From contig JBCCHT010000011.1 of the NCBI GenBank assembly GCA_039028615.1, positions 64,001 through 128,000 of the forward strand: a stretch of DNA of 64,000 bases, in the 5' to 3' direction. A program made the translations under genes and the position numbers. Below are positions 61,329 through 64,000 of the stretch, piece by piece. This DNA comes from Myxococcota bacterium. Lineage in GTDB: Bacteria; Myxococcota_A; Polyangia; Nannocystales; Nannocystaceae. Under the pieces are notes generated by a model. It saw only the letters and a program-made list of their open reading frames with translations, had not been told where the DNA came from and did no database searches. Positions within the stretch are counted from its first letter, which is position 1; the number at the start of each line of letters is the position of its first letter.

Positions 61329-62554
61329 GCGAAGGCCCGGGCCGACGATCGAGCGCCCGCCAGACCTTCGTGTGGATGGGCATGCTGTCCGTCGTGACCC
61401 TGGTGCTCGGGGTCCTCCGCGAATTCGTCATCGCCCGCGATCTTCGGGCCAGCGGCTCCGCCGACCTGTTCTTTCGCGGCCTGGTCATCGTGGGGGCGTG
61501 CCGCAACTTCGGCCTCGCCCTGTTTCGCGCCCGCTGGATCCCGCTGGGCCTGGGCCCCGCCGCCGGCCAGCTGCTGCGACGCGAGCTGAAGACCAGCGGC
61601 CTGGTCACGGTGATCGCCTGGCTGGGCCTGCTGCTCGTGCTCGGGGTCGACCCGTTTTCCGGGCCCGTGCCCTGGGTGTTCGCGGTCGCGGTGGTCCTGG
61701 CCGTGCTCGGAGCGGCGGTGCGAGCCCTGGCCGAGCGGGCGGGCTACGAACGTCGCGGCTTCATCATCGAGTGGGCCTTGCCCTTGGGCACCATCGCGGG
61801 AGCGATGGTCGTGGGCCAGGGCGCCCTGGGCCCCACCCTCGGCATCACTACGGGCCTCGTGGTGGGCTTGCTCGCCTTGATCCCGCCCGTGTTTTTGCAG
61901 CAGGCGACCAGCGGCGGCGGCACCAAAGACTACGACCCCACGCGCACCCGGTGGCTGCTGCTCGACACGCTGATGTACATCAACCTCGGCCTGCTCGATG
62001 CGGTCTTGTCCCCGCACGTGTTCGACGAGGGTGGCTTTGCGCTGCTCAACTACGCCTACCTGTTCGTGAACGCGGCGCTGGCCGTACCCACCGCGGCCGC
62101 GACCGTGGTGGCCCTTCGCTTGGCCGCCGACCCGGTACGCGCGCGGGCCATCTTGCGGAAGTGGGCCCCCGTGGCCGCGCTCTTGATGGGCGGGGCCGTG
62201 TCGGTGGTGTGGGCCCTGCTGGGCGTCGAGGCGATCGCCTCGCAGATCGATGCCGCCGCGGGCTGGGAGATCGTCGCCGCGATTCGGCCCATCATCTTGG
62301 TCGCGGCTCCCTTTGCCGCCTTGCGCCTGGCCAACACTGTCGGTCGCCAGGCCCGGGTGGCCACCGACCCCCGCGGGCTGCTGCCCTGGGACCTCGGCGG
62401 CCTGGCCCTGCGCGCGATCGTGCTCGTGGTCGGTACCTCGCTGTTCGGAGTCATCGCCTCCCCCGTAGGGCTGGTGGTCTGCGAGGTGGTGCAGCTCGGG
62501 GCGTGGTGGACGTGGCGGAGCCCGGCGGAATCGCCCGACCCGGGTCGACCATGA
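61325..62554 (+). CDS. Divergent MurJ/MOP-family flippase-like membrane protein
   Basis: N-terminus LVLGVLREFVIARDLRASGSADLFF resembles MurJ TM1; internal LNYAYLF..AL; about 12 TM; ATGA overlap. Confidence 0.6.
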   Translation: MSEGPGRRSSARQTFVWMGMLSVVTLVLGVLREFVIARDLRASGSADLFFRGLVIVGACRNFGLALFRARWIPLGLGPAAGQLLRRELKTSGLVTVIAWLGLLLVLGVDPFSGPVPWVFAVAVVLAVLGAAVRALAERAGYERRGFIIEWALPLGTIAGAMVVGQGALGPTLGITTGLVVGLLALIPPVFLQQATSGGGTKDYDPTRTRWLLLDTLMYINLGLLDAVLSPHVFDEGGFALLNYAYLFVNAALAVPTAAATVVALRLAADPVRARAILRKWAPVAALLMGGAVSVVWALLGVEAIASQIDAAAGWEIVAAIRPIILVAAPFAALRLANTVGRQARVATDPRGLLPWDLGGLALRAIVLVVGTSLFGVIASPVGLVVCEVVQLGAWWTWRSPAESPDPGRP

Positions 62555-62620
62555 CCGCCGAGTAGGCCGCGTTTTTTGCGCATCGATCGATGCGTGGTTG
62601 GATTCGCCCGAGCAGCGGTC

Positions 62621-62700
62621 AAAACTACACCCAGGAGTTCAGCTAACTCCATGATTGTATTTTAGACTACATTTCACTACATTATGGTTTTGTGTAGTCC
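62621..62700. promoter_or_regulatory. AT-rich region with repeated ACTACA/TGTAGT sites
   Basis: ACTACA at 62624, 62666 and 62676; TGTAGT at 62693. Confidence 0.5.
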
Positions 62701-62798
62701 GTGATTTTCCCCTTGTACCTACCTAGGATCCGATGCAGGCTGATGTAGGACAAGGACGCAGCACGGAGCTCACCTGTCCACCCCGAAGGAGACCCGCC

Positions 62799-63239
62799 AT
62801 GCACGCCGCTCGCACCGCCTTCGCCGCCGCCCTCCTCGCCTCCACCTTCGTCACTGGCTGTGACGCCCTGGAGAGCGACGGAATCGGGCCCGAGGGCGGG
62901 ATCGTGGTGAGCGAGGACGGACGCATGGCACTGGAAGTTCCGGCCGGTGCCCTCGAGGAGACCGTCGACATCTCCATCGAGATGGTCCCCGGCCCCCAGG
63001 GCTCCGCCGCCGACCTGTACGTCATCGAGCCGATGGGCCTGGCCTTCTCCTTCCCCGCCGAGCTCATCTACGACTACGACGACGACATGCTGGGCCAGGC
63101 CGCTCCCGACTCGCTGAGCCTGGTGACCCAGCGCGAGGCCAGCTGGAACTACCTCGCCGACCAGCTCGTCGACGACGAGGACCAGACGGTCTCCGCGTCG
63201 CTGATGACGCTGTCCAACGTCACCGTCGTCATCGAGTAA
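62799..63239 (+). CDS. Lipoprotein with ZU5-like domain
   Basis: AAGGAG RBS, VTGC lipobox, IGPEGG....DG...LEVPAGAL...EPMGLAF..PAEL. Confidence 0.8.
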   Translation: MHAARTAFAAALLASTFVTGCDALESDGIGPEGGIVVSEDGRMALEVPAGALEETVDISIEMVPGPQGSAADLYVIEPMGLAFSFPAELIYDYDDDMLGQAAPDSLSLVTQREASWNYLADQLVDDEDQTVSASLMTLSNVTVVIE

Positions 63240-63249
63240 GCCCGCGGGC

Positions 63250-64000
63250 TCAGCCGACCACGCGCTTCAGGAAGCGCTCGACCTCGGTCCAGATCGCCGC
63301 GTTCCCGGCCGAGTTGCGATCGGGTCGGAGCATCGACGATCCATGCACGGCTCGCGCGGGCACGTGGACGGTGGCCGGTCGCGGCAGCTCGTCGGCGAGC
63401 GCCTGCGCGGCCGTGGCCTCTTTGCCTCGGTTGGACGTGATGAAGAACGGTAGGTCGGTGTCGCGGGCCCACTCGGCCACCATCCCCTCGCGGCCGAGGT
63501 ACTCCCCGGGCGAAAAGGAGAGCACCGCGGTGAGCGAGTCGCCGTGCTCGGCCGCGAGCCGGAAGACCAAGGCCGCGGTGTAGCTGCTGCCCCACGCGAG
63601 GATCGTGGGGTGACCGCGCTCGGTCGCCCAGGCCAGCGCGGCCTCGAGATCCGCGTAGGCGGCCTTGAAACCGGTGCTCTTGCCCCGTTTGGCCACCGTT
63701 CGGTTGTCCCGGCCAAAGCGGCGCCCACCCGAGCGCTGATCGATCGCGAGCGCGTCGAACCCGAGCGACTGCAGCCGTGGTGCGATGGCATTGTATTCGG
63801 CCGCGTTCGATCCCGCCTGATGAAACAGCAGCACCACCGGCCCAGGCTTGTCGCGCTCGACCGCATACAGGGTGCCGAAGATGGCCGACCCATCGGCCGC
63901 CGACAGCTCGACCTCGGCCGGGGCGAGCGGAGCGGGTGCGGGCGCGGCCACATCAGCCGCGACTGCAACATCGTTCCCCGCCGCCTTCGTGTCGTGGTCC
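63250..64000 (-). CDS. Alpha/beta hydrolase (dienelactone-hydrolase-like), 5' end outside the window
   Basis: LLFHQAGSN, IDQRSGG, WGSSYTA nucleophile, FSPGEY, HGSS; frame open to the window edge. Confidence 0.85.
   Translation of the reverse strand, partial: DHDTKAAGNDVAVAADVAAPAPAPLAPAEVELSAADGSAIFGTLYAVERDKPGPVVLLFHQAGSNAAEYNAIAPRLQSLGFDALAIDQRSGGRRFGRDNRTVAKRGKSTGFKAAYADLEAALAWATERGHPTILAWGSSYTAALVFRLAAEHGDSLTAVLSFSPGEYLGREGMVAEWARDTDLPFFITSNRGKEATAAQALADELPRPATVHVPARAVHGSSMLRPDRNSAGNAAIWTEVERFLKRVVG

Overview
High-GC (about 70%) chromosomal window from a myxobacterium. A MYXO-CTERM protein, Ser/Thr kinase-TPR proteins and many Cys-rich or acidic lipoproteins suggest a Nannocystaceae-like, possibly marine organism; that assignment is inference. 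Housekeeping genes are gyrA, murF, mraY, murD, a zinc-less Fpg/MutM and a DTW-domain tRNA-modifying enzyme. Accessory content, in order: (i) a cytochrome P450 and a decayed 3-8 kb island of small genes ending in an integrase remnant; (ii) a three-gene operon encoding a VOC domain fused to a very long histone-H1/AlgP-like tail, followed by an apparently catalytically dead ketosynthase and a chain-length-factor-like protein, which is my best candidate for an undescribed system; (iii) an ECF sigma/anti-sigma cassette with hyper-acidic lipoproteins; (iv) a 146-nt intergenic rod-like hairpin followed by a T8 tract (candidate ncRNA); (v) a MoxR-bpX5-vWA/beta-propeller-bpX6 ternary conflict system directly behind a kinase-TPR gene; (vi) a MYXO-CTERM gene broken by one in-frame TAA; (vii) a vitamin-K-dependent carboxylase-like HTTM gene; (viii) a fragmented dcw cluster with murF inverted and an HNH nuclease between murF and mraY. 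No rRNA, tRNA or CRISPR array was seen. All family calls come from motifs read by eye, not from database searches.
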